From Tubulanus polymorphus (taxonomy: Eukaryota; Animalia; Nemertea): DNA of 64,000 nt. The stretch lies in the NCBI RefSeq assembly GCF_964204645.1, contig NC_134028.1, forward strand, positions 15,631,653-15,695,652, in the 5' to 3' direction. How positions within the stretch are numbered: position 1 is the first letter of the stretch; the number at the start of each line of letters is the position of its first letter. Shown here piece after piece: positions 13,470 through 26,500 of this stretch. The position numbers and the translations under genes were made by a program. A model generated the notes under the pieces. It made no database searches and was not told the DNA's origin. It saw nothing but the letters and a program-made list of their open reading frames with translations.

Positions 13470-13921
13470 GGGCAGGTGATATTTTGCCAATGGCTCGTTC
13501 TGATTGGCCGATTGACGCTGCGCATGCGCACTGAGGTGGACGATTAGAAAATTGTAGGAAAGTGTGGAGAACAGAGCTACCTAGAGAAAATATGAGCATG
13601 AGCAGGATTCAAACCCGGACTAGCAAATTGCAAGCGTAACATATTCCCACTAGACCCACCGAGGTTTTCGCAATCCAGCTGTAAGTTTTGAAAACATATA
13701 GCCTCACCTTACCCTAACCGTATCCCTAGGGGTAAAACACAATCCAAATAAAAACCTCACCCTAACCTGGACCCTGTAACCCTATCGAAACCCTAACCCT
13801 AACATAGATTATATTTTACGTCGTATATCTTATAAGTAGGCCTATATCTTATCATATTTAGCCATTGGCGAAATATCGTTTACTAAAATAATACCGCCGC
13901 ATTGGCAAAATATCCACCTCC
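13470..13921. mobile_element. Small non-autonomous element with inverted termini, internal tRNA-like segment and (CCCTAA)-like repeats
   Basis: ggtgatattttgccaatg at the left, inverted cattggcaaaatatccacc at the right (second inverted copy at 13861); ccctaacc repeats at 13705-13803. Confidence 0.55.
13600..13664 (-). pseudogene. tRNA-derived (Ala-TGC-like) sequence / SINE-type head
   Basis: Minus strand: A-box tgggtctagtgg, loop cttgcaa, B-box ggtttgaatcc; acceptor stem poorly paired. Confidence 0.45.
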
Positions 13922-14040
13922 AACCATAGTTTTATGCTCCAACCAAAAAACTGACGATGGACTAGAGTTCACTGTTGTGTAGTCTAGTACCGTCGTTGTA
14001 GGGAACCGTAACGACTGGTATTCAGACTAATGTCTATTTC

Positions 14041-15490
14041 AACTCGACTTGAGAGCATATCAGGTGGCTTAGCTCAGTCAGTTTTGGTGGTCCATACCTG
14101 AAACAAGTCTTATTAGGACAAGAATACTGGCACTGGACCTAAAACATTGATTTTTAATCCATTCTTCATTTTATTGAAGGATATCCAAAAAGTCTTCACT
14201 GAAAGGGGTTAAAAAGAGAAAATTGACTCCATGACCATGATTTGAAAGTTTAACAATATGTTTCCATGCCTACACACCAAACTTCAGTTGGTAGGCATGG
14301 AAACATTTGTAAACTTTAAAATCATGCAGTCTCTTTTCTCTCATGAACCCCTTTCAATGAAGACTTTTTGGATATCCACGGGCACATCCAGACCGTATTA
14401 GCCGTATTGCCCAATACGGTCTATTATTTTTAAGTGCCCTTCAAATTTTCACCGGCGATATTTTTGACGGCATTATTTAAGTAACCGCTAATTTTGTGTC
14501 CGGAATCCGGGCATAATTATAAAATTAATCGGTAAATACTGCTGTTGAGAAATGATGAGAGATAATCATATTTGATATTAGGCCTTTAATCATGATAAAT
14601 CAGAAAGGTCACTTTCCTTTTTCAAGGGGCACTCATGCTTTAGATGAGGGCACCTTGTTCTTGCCTTTTCAGGGAGGGCTAAAGGGGCACTCGTACTTTA
14701 GAAGAGGGGAGAATGTTGAAGAAAAGGGCACTTTGCCTTTTTAAGGGGCACGCTCAGGCTTTTATTCGCGGTGAATGCTGAAAAAAGGCCCTTTTTTTGC
14801 CTAATTTTTAAAATTTTAGGGGCACTTTTGGTTTGGAATACGGCACACGACATACGGATAAATGTGAAGACGAGGCAATTTTTGCCGATTGTTAACAATG
14901 AAGGGGCACTTAGCCGTATTCTGTATAATTGTTAAGGGGCACTTTTAAAGATTATAGGGGCACTAGGGAAAATATAAAAAACAATGCCAGTGTTTTTCAT
15001 GGGTGTCTTCTGTGAAATTCATTGTTGATCTTGTGGCGACAACCATTCTTTCATGGGTTCGCCAGCTTCATTTTTTATCCGCATCTGTTAAAATCTTGTC
15101 TCGGATTCGTTTATTCTGGATTGCTCTGCTAGTCTCTAGAAGCCCTCTAAAAGCCTTTAGGCCTAAATGGTACCATATTTTCAAAGTTTTCTGGGTGAGG
15201 GTCCCCAAACCCCCCTCGAAAGACTTCGCGCCTTCGGCGCTCGCATTGACCTGGATACTGAGTGTGCCCTAAGATAAGAAACGCGCCCTTAAATTTCCTT
15301 CCAATACTGTCAACCCATCCCCCTGGATCCGCCCCTGATATCCTTCAATAAAGCGAAGAATGGATTAAAAATCAATGTTTAATTTTTAAAGTCCACTGCC
15401 AGTACTTTCTGGTCCTAATAAGACTTTTATCAGGTATGTACCACCAAAACAGACTGAGCTAGGCCACCCGATGTGGTCTCAAGTCAAAGT
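14041..15490. mobile_element. Palindromic MITE family copy 2, split by a nested insertion
   Basis: Left arm gacttgagagcatatcaggtggc..., right arm ...gccacccgatgtggtctcaagtc; interrupted at 14377-15337. Confidence 0.75.
14377..15337. mobile_element. Non-autonomous hAT-like element with 5-bp TSD
   Basis: Termini cacgggcacatccag / ctggatccgcccctg; ATATC duplicated at 14372-14376 and 15338-15342; many internal aggggcac motifs. Confidence 0.75.
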
Positions 15491-16392
15491 CAACAAGTTG
15501 CAATAGACATTACATTACACATTAGCCGTTGTGACGAGTGAGAGAGCACATTGGGTACTACAACCACAACATTGAATAATATTCCACTCCATGTCAAGTT
15601 TAAATATAGAATGAATGGTGTGAATTTTAGTTAAGTAAAGATTTCATATCGATATGAGCTTACTGTTTTGATCACAGGGGCTCGTCACGATAGCTGGGGG
15701 TCCAAAATCAAAGATTTGACCCAGAATCCTAGGTACCACATATAAAAAAAGAAAAGGGAGCTAACATTTTGACATACTAGAATTGACCTTCTCATTTCAA
15801 TCGCTCATAACTTCGTAACCCATCGACCGATTCGCACGAAATTGGTTTCGTTTCATTCCTAAGAGGTTACGTTTTCGTTTGAGACCTTTCGCGACAAAAT
15901 CGGATAAGAGACGCCCGAGAAATCATGACTCAAACCCGAAAAAACGAGTCAAAATAGCCAAAGCCGGAATTACTAGGACGTCTCGGAGCAGTCGATTCCC
16001 GACGAGAAACGATGAGTTGACGCGGTTCCCGGGCATTAATCTTCACATATCATACATCGCTGGAAAGCTTATTAAAAGACGCATTTATTTGATAATCCGT
16101 TCCGATACCCGCGACTGGCGAGCTGATAATCCAGACTGATGCGATAAATACGATTTCCAAGTGTATTCCGGCCGCCATTAACTGCGTGACGTCATGAGAA
16201 ATCCCAGCATGCAACGCTAGATAATTGACATATTCAGTCGACCCATCACGTATCGCGAATTTATCAGTCCTCAGAGCCCGTGACGTCACACCCTCAATGG
16301 CGGTTCAGTGACGCTTAAAGTGCGTATTTATCGGTTCGGTGCGTATTATCACCTCGCTTGTCGCCGGTTTCGGAACGGATTACCAAATAAAT

Positions 16393-17010
16393 CTCTACAT
16401 CTCTAATGATTTTTACCAAAAGTCAGCAATGGCTAAGTTAAGGACTAGTTCTCATAACCTCATGATTGAAAAAGGGCGGCACCTATCAATAACTACTGAA
16501 AACCGTCTGTGTATAGTATGTAACGCTATAGAGGATGAGGAACATTTCCTATTCAACTGCACTAAATTTGATGAATATAGAAAGACATACAGACTTGAAA
16601 GTCTTGATACACAAACTTTGACGGAAATTTTCAATTCAAATAATAACCCGAACATCCAAAAACTACTAAAATTTACCAAAGTCTGTGTGTCCCTGCTGTA
16701 AGGTCCATTATTTAAAGTTGCCATAGCTATCTTTTTCTGTAAACAATCTATATTAATATGTGTATGTGTGTATATATGTATATATCTAAACATAACTGCC
16801 GATATAGTATTTTTTTGTTGAAACTTTCGAGCCATGCATTTAGTCTATCGTATTACATGTATATCTGTTTTTATATCAGTGCTTGTTTAAGATGTTTATG
16901 ATTTCTATTATTTTCTTATTCCTCACTCTGTAACATGTATGTATGTATAAATGTCAGTCACAAACAGTGCAATTGTTTATACTGAATAAATATTTGAATT
17001 TGAATTTGAA
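16393..17010 (+). mobile_element. Non-LTR retrotransposon (LINE) 3' end
   Basis: AKLRTSSHNLMIEKGRH..RLCIVCNAIEDEEHFLFNC C-terminal zinc motif; 3' UTR ending aataaa followed by (tttgaa)3 tail. Confidence 0.8.
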
Positions 17011-17335
17011 TAGGAGGACAAGAAAGGACAGGCAGTCGACCTTAAACATCGTTTTTTAATCCACTTTATACTGTATTGAATGATATCCAAAAAGTCTTCA
17101 CTGAAAGGGGTTAATTGAAGAGAAGTGACTCCATGATTTGAAAGTTTTTCAATATGTCTCCATGCCTACCAACTGAAGTTTGGTATGTAGGCATGGAAAC
17201 ATAAGCGAGCTAGGCTACTCGGAATGCTCTCAAGTTAGGTTGAACCTAACTTGAGAGCATTCCGGGTGGCCTAGCTCGCTCATTTTTGGTAGTACATACC
17301 TGATAAAGGCCTTAGTAGGACCAGAAAGTCGACCT
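17010..17335. mobile_element. Palindromic MITE family copy 3 (rearranged)
   Basis: Same arms and centre as the 13075 and 14041 copies; extra palindrome gctctcaagttagg/cctaacttgagagc. Confidence 0.65.
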
Positions 17336-18588
17336 AATCAAGAAAAGCGTGCCAATCCATTCTTCACACATGGCATGCTCTATATTTCCCTTTCCAGAGT
17401 AGGTACGGTCCATGATCGTGTTACAGTACTCACCCCTCAAAAACAAACCAAAAACATAGTTTACAGCGAAATATTGGTTATACTTTTTCTCTTCTTTGAT
17501 ATTTGTTTCTAATGCCTGACTTACAATGTAGATTTCATATCGATAAATAAATGTTATATTATTTTTATCCGCACCTTAGTGATTTATTATATTCTACCCG
17601 TCCGCAAGTACATCTATAAAATCTAATCTTCTGACAGTTTCGAGATTTGCCTAAATCACATCTTCATATAGAAACAGTTATGAAAAAACATTGATTTTTA
17701 TTTTTTCATTACTGTTTGTCTAAAGTTGAGATTTAGTTCATTCTCGAAACTAATAAGACAAATAAATGAAAGGGATCATCAATGAAAAAGTGAATTCAGT
17801 TATTTTTTTCTGAGGCGATAAAACCGAGTATACATGTCTTCTTATTGTCAATAACCGACTGTAGATTCATTGGCTCCAGTTTTACAACACTGTACAAATG
17901 ACTTTTTGAATCAGAAGAATTAATCATAATTTCGTTCAACACACAGGTGACGACGCAGAAAAGACGGAGAATGGCGGTTTCATTAGTGACAATGCAAATT
18001 TCGTGAACGTGTTCTTCCATGCTAAAACATGTCGACTGACGAAAGCATCAGCTAAAGGTTTCCTTTTCGGTGAGTTTTATTTATTAACATTTTTCAAAGT
18101 TAAGGCTATGTTTACAAATGAAATGCAATCATGTTCAACCTTTCAGGCGCATTTGATTTTGAAGTCATTTTCGACGGTGACGTTTCTTATTCAAAACCTT
18201 CAGCCACATGTCGTAATCCGGCGATCGTGTTATTGGACTACAGCGTAAGTGAATCCTGCGTCTATTTGCACAGAACTGTTTGTCTCAAATGTTTGGTTAG
18301 GTTATATAAATATTTTAAACCGTTTTTACCTCGATAATAACAATCATACTGATAACAAGTACAAGGATTATAATGATTTATCACTTATAAGCGCTTTCCA
18401 TCCTAAAAATCTCTTCGCTCTCTAAAAACAGTGTATCAATCAAAAAACTCAACACTGCTTAAACTGCTGCTTGAATTTCTACTTAAACTCTTGAAAGCTT
18501 TTTATCCTTAACTAAAACCTCACTCATTAAACTTTTTAAACTTTTTTGTGTAGCCGGACGCTATCTGTGACACTGGTTTTACAGTGAT

Positions 18589-20943
18589 TTCCTGAACTTC
18601 GCTGAAAAAGCTGAAACACTGAAAAGCTGAAACGCTGAAATAAAAACGCTGAAATTTCAGGGAATTTCCGAAAAACGCCGAAATTTCAGGGAATTCCCGA
18701 AAAACGCTGAAATCGTGCTAGGTACCGACAATACACGTTTTGAAATTTTTTCCGGGCCGGTGTCCGCTGACGAGTCCTGAACCGTGTTTTATGCTCTACC
18801 TTCGGTTACAGAGACATGCCTTAAGGTCGTCGTCATGATCGACTTGATCGATTGCGTGGATTGTTAGATGTGTTTTTTGCCATAGTTTTATGTGCATATA
18901 CCGGTACGATCTAACAATGAAGTTATCACTTCATTTGAATAAATTCTTAATCACAGTAATATTAATTCACAATATTTTTTCTTATGTTTCGTGATTTCTT
19001 GCAACTTATCATTGCCAAGTCTCATACAAGTAGTAGCTGAATGAAAGTACAGTTAGGCTGAACCTGATAACCCAAATTAAGTGCTAGCATGGAACTAATG
19101 ATTATTTTGATTCTATTTTCGGTGTCATTGAAATTCGTTAAGAAAGGTTCAACCGTCATAGTATACTGTACTTAGCATTGCTACAATTGGGTGCCATATT
19201 TCTACAATTTCTACAAGGAGGAAGGAATCTTTAAGTGTCTTTGTTCCCGGGTAGGTGGTTCACTTTCTCTTTCGACTTGCCGGAGACTACTATCTGCAAT
19301 GTATTGCATGCTTTGATGTGTCTGGCCTATAGGAGTCGAACGATATTTTTTTCCCATACACAGGCTTGGCTTTAGTGTAGATGAAGGCTAGGCACTGCAC
19401 ATTGTGGATTGACTGGAACTCTTAACTCACAAAATTAAACGAGTCAACAAGAAAGATCCAATAATTGGACATTTGTCTAACTATATTATTTAACAGCTTG
19501 AAATAAAACATAACACATTCTGCAAGAGTATACAAAGGAAATCAGTTCTTACATTATATCAGAATCAATAGTTCGCTTAACTCTGGCTAGAATTCTGGTT
19601 CCATTGCTTCATATTCTAATGAAATCCACTAGGCCTAGTATACCTTAGAATATCGCTTAGCTTAAGACTAAAAATTTGGTACCAGGAAACAGGGAAGAAA
19701 AGTGGGTGTACTGTACATCCGCAATTGACTTATTTCTCTCAGGTTGAATCAAGTTATTATTGAAATAGCATTCGAATAGCCATTTTATTTTTAAAAATTG
19801 TGTCGTTCAGCTATCCTGCTGCAAATTTCGCAGTTGAAGTTTACTGGTGCCATCTGATTTCTCAGTATCTCAAAAAATTTGCACATTCTAAGCCTGAATC
19901 TAAAAATAGAAAAAGGTGCATTTTAGTCGGATATAAAAGAATAGTGGCTAATGCACCCTGGACTATATAGCCTATGGGGTGGGCCTAGTTTGAAAGCACT
20001 GAGGTCCGAGAGAACAGCACTTAGTAAATAAATACTGAAATTAAACTTACAAAACACCCAGTACTTGAGATGATGTACTTGACAAGAAGTGTCACCAGCT
20101 AAGCAAATCAACTTTGTCTATGACTCCTCCTTTTATAGATTCAGTAGTAGTCTAAAAATAAGAATCGGTACATTTTTCTAACAGTTGGTATGTCATTTCT
20201 TCAAAAAAACTAATTATTATCACGCCACAGCAAATAAATTATTCACAGTTGTTGAATGGTTAGCCCGATTTAGATTAATTGGTTGACGCTAATCAGTATG
20301 ACCCATACGTAGGGGCCTACTGCATGCCATTGGCGTCAATCCATTCCATTCCATTCCACAGTGAATTAAAAAGAAATTTAGTTAGATCCCTTTTGTCCAA
20401 AAGCTGCATCATTTATATAACTAGCTGTCAAATTTAATTTACCTCCTTCAGAGAATACCATAGTGACATAGTCCGTCGCCCATCAACGTGTTGACAAAAG
20501 AAAAGTTGCTGCATGTTTTATACATGAACGTTCAAATAAGATATTTTGCGTCTTGCAGGGAATATTGAGCATAGTGTTTAAGTTGGCTTGCACGGTTTGT
20601 GAATGGGTTTTCCTAATTATGCTGCCTGTATGCATTAAAAATCCGGATTTCAAGCGAATTAATTTGTCCAACAAGTGGCCCTCTAGAAATATACTCCACA
20701 AATACTGTCCATGCATGTCTCTGTAACCGAAGGTAGAGACTAAAACACGGTTCAGGACTCGGCAGCGGACACCGGCCCGGAAAATATTTCAAAACGTGTA
20801 TTGTTGGTACCTAGCACGATTTCAGCGTTTTTCGGGAATTCCCTGAAATTTCGGCGTTTTTCGGAAATTCCCTGAAATTTCAGCGTTTTTATTTCAGCGT
20901 TTCAGCGTTTCAGTGATTCAGCTTTTTCAGCGAAGTTCAGGAA
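18589..20943. mobile_element. 2.35-kb non-coding foldback/DNA transposon with ~231-bp TIRs
   Basis: 18589-18819 is a near-perfect inverted copy of 20713-20943, built from repeated (c)gctgaaa motifs; no long ORF inside; no TSD recognised. Confidence 0.85.
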
Positions 20944-21953
20944 CCGCGTAGGCACATATCGAACGTGTTTTCTGTTCAGCATTCCCATAGATCTTCGATT
21001 TTTCAGGGAGAAAATCTCGAAACAGTTGTGAACATGTTCGCACCGTTCGACGAGGTTTTAAAGATGGGACCGCAGTGGTAAAATATGAGACGTGCTGGAT
21101 GGACGTCTATACAGAGGAACCTTGTATTTCATAAACTCGACTGATATCTTGTTCAACATATCAAATGAATTCATACTTGAATTGAATAAAATGCATCAAT
21201 CTATTTTGCACGGAATTGTCTTCGTTGTTTGTTTACCAATTTCCTCACTTGAAAATATCATCAAAATGGTAATAAGCCATTTTTTGATTAAAGCAAATTT
21301 GATCCATTCGTCACATATCGTGCGATGATCAGAAGGTCATTAGATAATTCTTCAGCTGGCTATTCACAAGACACACTTTAAATAGATAATACTACGACAG
21401 GGTCAAATTTCCTCGTGCAACAGCATTATTTAAATGTAATTTGAAGTCTACGTCTTCACTGCCAATAACAGATATGAAAAGTGATTGACCACGAGCCGTA
21501 GTGATAAAACAAAATAGTTATTTTATATACATGTATTCTGATCATAAAGAAATCTGTAAATATCAAAATTGTGTGAATCATAATCTTGTTCTTGACAATG
21601 AAAACTTATTTCATGTATGATTTACTCTTACTCGATTCAAAACGTAACTAGCAACGGCTGATATATGTTGACTACACGACTGTGACTGTGAATGACTGGA
21701 TTGAGTTCGGATTCCTTCACGGTTTAAACATTAACCGCAACTATCAACTTATGCTAAATTTGAATCTAACAAAGATATTCAACGATCGCCGATACTGAAT
21801 TTCATTTGTCGACCAAAAATGCACCAGTCGACCACGTGACTGGTGCGGTCTTCTATAAATGTCACGAATCTTGCGAACGTACTCACTTGCTGTTTGGACG
21901 TCGCTGTCTTGTTCTAACGGAGTCGAATTTCTGAAGTTGTAAAACTGATTGAA

Positions 21954-22184
21954 TGTAACGGTGTAACTTCCGCCTGTCATTGTATTGTAATATAGTGTAT
22001 TTGTATTGGTATTAATAAATGTTAACGATAGGTGGCATACCTATCGCTCTCTTGAAAAGAATCCTTTGTCCTGGTAAGTCGTGTGTTATCTTTTGTCCCG
22101 GTTCAAGACCCGGAACGTCCCCTACTACAGCGGCGATTACCTCTCATATTACCATTAGAATACTCCAAGACGACAATTGTTACA
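21954..22184 (+). repeat. 5' LTR
   Basis: tgtaac...gttaca; I count 2 mismatches against the 3' LTR. Confidence 0.97.
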
Positions 22185-22185
22185 C

Positions 22186-22205
22186 TGGTGGCAGCGAAGT
22201 GGGAT
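22186..22205 (+). promoter_or_regulatory. Primer-binding site (tRNA-Leu-like)
   Basis: tggtggcagcgaagtgggat, 1 nt after the 5' LTR; resembles the complement of tRNA-Leu 3' ends. Confidence 0.75.
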
Positions 22206-22544
22206 TTTATTTCGATTGTCGTGTATTTTATGGTCTTTTAATGCGGCTCCACGTTGGAAACCTAGTCTGAGCGACCACGCTTACCATTATTAGTAGAAAA
22301 CACTTGAAAGACTTATAGCGGACACTCATAGCAGTTAAAACCGTTAACTTGTCCTATTCTTTATTTAATCAGAATTAGTACTAAGAGAAAATTTGCCATT
22401 GGGGAAAAATTATTTTTATTTGCATATTATTTTATTATTGCTGGGGAGACTGAGAGCGAGACACAGACCGGTATACCAAAAACTTTTGTTCACCTTTTCT
22501 ATGATATTGGACTGTATTGAAATAACTACTGACTTGTATTTATA

Positions 22545-23552
22545 ATGTCGATGCCTGGGGAACATTCCAAACAAGATGCTAGTAATCTCGATGTCAACCA
22601 GTTCCTCATGTCTGTGACACAGTATGTGGAACATAAAATTAAAAACACTAAGTCAGAATCACCCTCTGAGCCAGCCAGACCCAGAGACCACACCAAGGTC
22701 AAGGTACCTGCACCTAAAACCTACAGTGCTGGTCACAATGTTAAAGTATGGCTCGAGAGATTTGATAGTAACTGTGACCTCATGGGGATAACTGATCCTT
22801 CAGTACAGAAGGATCATCTCTTAATGTATATGGACCATGAGTCATGACTGGCCATCAAAAATCTTCACTTGTCGGACAAACTGACCTATGATGAGTTCTC
22901 GACATCCATTAAAGACCGTATGTCCCTAACTAAATCGCCCGGCGATTACAAACTTATGCTAAAGGCACGCGAGCAAAAACAGCCCGAAAACCTCGGACGT
23001 TTCGCCGACGTATTTATGGAGCTAGCCCAAAACGCCTATCCAGACGCTGGACATACGCTACAAGACGAGCTGGCTCGTGACCAGTTTTTGACTGGAGTTA
23101 ATTTGCCATTAACAGCTAGGGAACAGTTGTACGTTTCTCAGCCGAAAACCTTGTCAGAGGCTGTGTCACTGGCTAGAGGTTTTGAATCGGCTAGGCGTAT
23201 AGCTGAAAACCAGGATTCGAGGGGGAAACGTGCGATGGAAAATGAAGCCCAGGCAAAGCCCATCGAGACCGAGCTGCTTTCGGAACTGGTTAAACAGGTC
23301 CAGAGTTTAAATCTCCGCATCGAAAATCTCGAGCGTCGAGGTCAGACAAGGCCTTCCAGGAATCCGGAACCTCCCAGAAATCCGGTGGCTGACATCTGTT
23401 GGCGCAGTCGGGTGCCAGACCACCCGGCTAGTGCATGTCCTACGGTGGTATGCCACTCGTGCACTGAGCCCGGACATTATGCTAGGAACTGTCCTAATAG
23501 TCAGGGAAACGGGAAGATGCGTTGCTCGAGGGGCAGAGGCAAGCGCTTTTAA
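22545..23552 (+). pseudogene. Gag with zinc knuckles (one in-frame stop at 22845)
   Basis: ORFs 22545-22847 and 22869-23552 are in the same frame; ARDQFLTG, CHSCTEPGHYARNC. Confidence 0.9.
23504..23510 (+). promoter_or_regulatory. Putative -1 ribosomal frameshift heptamer G_GGA_AAC (gag-pol)
   Basis: X_XXY_YYZ in the gag frame; pol is in the -1 frame; a GC-rich stem is possible just downstream. Confidence 0.6.
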
Positions 23553-26500
23553 ACCATCGGCCCAAAGTCCCGAAATATATCCCTCCACACCGTAGACAAT
23601 TAGATACCTGTATAAATGTTGTAAATACCCCTGTATATAGAACGAATGAAAATGATTATGAATACGACAACCCACAGGGTAGCTGCCCGAACTCAAGTGG
23701 TTTACAACTCGGGAAGAGCACACCTCCTGACGGTCAAAGCTCCTCTTCAAAGTACACCCCGAACTCCGAAGCAGACCTACCCACAAACAGTGACCGAGAG
23801 CCCACCCCATTAGTTCGAAGTGTACAGAATGTAGATATCCGTGACACTGGCCTCCATTGTTCTGCTATAGTCAATAGTGTAGGAAGAATCTCTGCGCTTC
23901 TCGACACCGGCGCTGCTGTGACTATGCTCAAGACTTCTGTCTGGGTGGCGAGTAACGGGGGTGAAATGGGATGCCTGAAACCAATTGATTTTGAGTTGGT
24001 TACGGCTACCGGTCAGGATATTAAGGTTAGGGGTTCGGTCGATGTTCGCCTTAGTTTGGGGGATTGTAGTTTTATGGTTCCATTGGTGATTGCAGATGAT
24101 TTGTCACAGGATTGTCTCCTTGGTGGTGATTTCTTCCGCGACAACAACTGCGTGATTGATTACCCAAATAGAGTCATGAGCTGTGGCCTGTCTGACATAC
24201 CATTGGAACACAGGGATTCCCGACCAACTGCGTGTCGCCTATTCTTGACCGAGACTCGCATGATCCCAGCCGGACACGAAATTGTAGCTACTGCTTATTT
24301 TAGGCAGAGATACACCCACAACAACAATTCTGTCGGGATGGTTTGTGGTAGAGCCCCGGGTCCATTCGGTATTGGTAGAACCCTGGTTACCCCGAACGAT
24401 AACAAGGTGACTGTCCGTTTGGCAAACTTTACGAACGTGACGTGCCATGTCAACCGCGGTGAATTTGTAGGGATTTTCTCTCCGTTAAACAGTATCGAAA
24501 TCCTCACTACTCAGGATAAGAGACCAGATGTCTCTGAAATCCCTACCATTAGTGAGGATCTAAACTCGTTGTTTAAGGAGCTACAGCTCGATGCCATTGA
24601 CATTTCGGACAGTGATCGCGAGGCCTTAAAGAAGGTTGTCGCTGATTACCAGGATGTGTTTTCCCGCGACGACTTTGACATAGGGAGGACCGCGTTAGTC
24701 GAATTTGAAATAGATACGAGTGACCATCGCCCCATCAAACAACAACCTCGGCGTTTACCACCGAGTCATAGACAGTTTGTGGAGGGTCATACTGCCGAAT
24801 TACACAGTCACGACCTCATCCGACTATCACAATCTCTCTGGGCCAGCCCCATTGTCTTGGCCAAGAAGTCCGATGGTAGCCTTAGGCTGTGTTGTGATTA
24901 TCGGAAGTTAAATGACGCTACGATAAATGATAGCCATCCGCTTGGGCGAACTGACTCCACACTTGAAGCTCTGTCCGGGTCATCATGGTTCTCCTCTCTT
25001 GACCTCACAAGTGAGTATCATCAAGTGCCCATACGGGAGGGAGATAAACCAAAGACAGCGTTCTGCACGGAGAATCGATTGTGGGAGTGGAACGTCATGG
25101 CGTTTGGCCTGACTAATGCCCCTGCCTGTTTTTCACGGCTTATGACTATGGCCCTGGATAAGGTCTCGTGGAAAACGGCATTAATATATCTCGATGATGT
25201 CATTGTTCACTCAGCTGACGTTGGGTCACACATTGGTAAACTCGCTGAGGTGTTCTCATGTTTCTGGTCTGCAAACCTTAAACTGAAACCCAGAAAATGT
25301 CACCTACTGCGGAGACGGTTGAAGTTTTTGGGCCATATTGTTAGTGGGAATGGTATGGAGGCTGACCCGTCCAAAGTTGAGAAAATTATGAACTGGCCTG
25401 TTCCAACCACAGTTTCAGAGGTCCGCAGTTTCACAGGGTTAGTGACCTATTATTCAAAGTTTATTGAGGGGTATTCCCAAATGTGTCGTCCCCTACACCA
25501 GCTTACTAAAAAGGGCCATGTCTTTGTATGGGGGATAGAGCAACAGCGAGCATTTGACGCCATAAAAAGGGCACGTACTAGCCCTCCTGTTTTGGCCTTC
25601 CCTGATTTCGAGACAGGTGCAGGCAAATTTATTATCGACTGTGACGCTAGTGACTGGGCAATTGGTGCTGTACTTTCACAGGTGCAGGCAGACTCGTCTG
25701 AACGGGTAATCGCATATGCTGGTCGCGCACTACGGGGTGGTGAAGAGAATTACTGTGCCACCAGGCGAGAGATGCTTGCCCTGGTCGATATGATTGAACA
25801 CTTCCGGCATTACTTGTTGGGCCTGAAATTCTTGGTGCGCACTGACCATGCAGCACTTAAATGACTCCGGTCTTCAAACATTCAGTCTGGACAAGTTGCC
25901 CGCTGGAACGAACGATTGGCCGACTATGACTTTGATATTGAACACCAGCCCGGGCGTATCCACCTGAATGCGGACGCACTTTCCCGCATCCCTAAACGAC
26001 TGAAGCGTCATGGAGTCTGCCCAAGCTGTGGTCAGACCGGCGCCCCAAAATGTCAGGTTTCGGCGGTAGGTATGGGTAGTGATCATGCAGGCTTGTCGAC
26101 AGTGGACATAGCGCGGTTACAGGACGAGGACGCCGACATATCTGTAGTCAAGGACCTGGTCCATCGACAACAGATTAAACCTAGTGCCGATGTGATGCGC
26201 CAATTTAGCACCAAAACCAGAATGTTTCTTGGTGAATATGAGCGCCTAGTGATTGACAAGGACGTTCTATTTTTGAGACCCTCCCCTGGATCCAGACTTT
26301 CGAAATCGCGTGTTGTTCTGCCTTACGTGTTACTAAGGTTTTGTCACACCTTCACGACGGTATCTCCGGCAGGCACTTAGGGCGCACTAAGACAGAACGG
26401 AAGATGCGCGAACGATTTTGGTGTCCAGGTCTGACAAGAGCTGTCCATGAGTATATTCAACAGTGCCAGAAATGTCATATATGCAAAAATCCGCCCAAGC

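Noticed and set aside
20960-21480. Possible BTB/BACK-like coding remnant on the minus strand
   Set aside because: Only a vague resemblance (CDEWIKFALIKKW) in broken frames.
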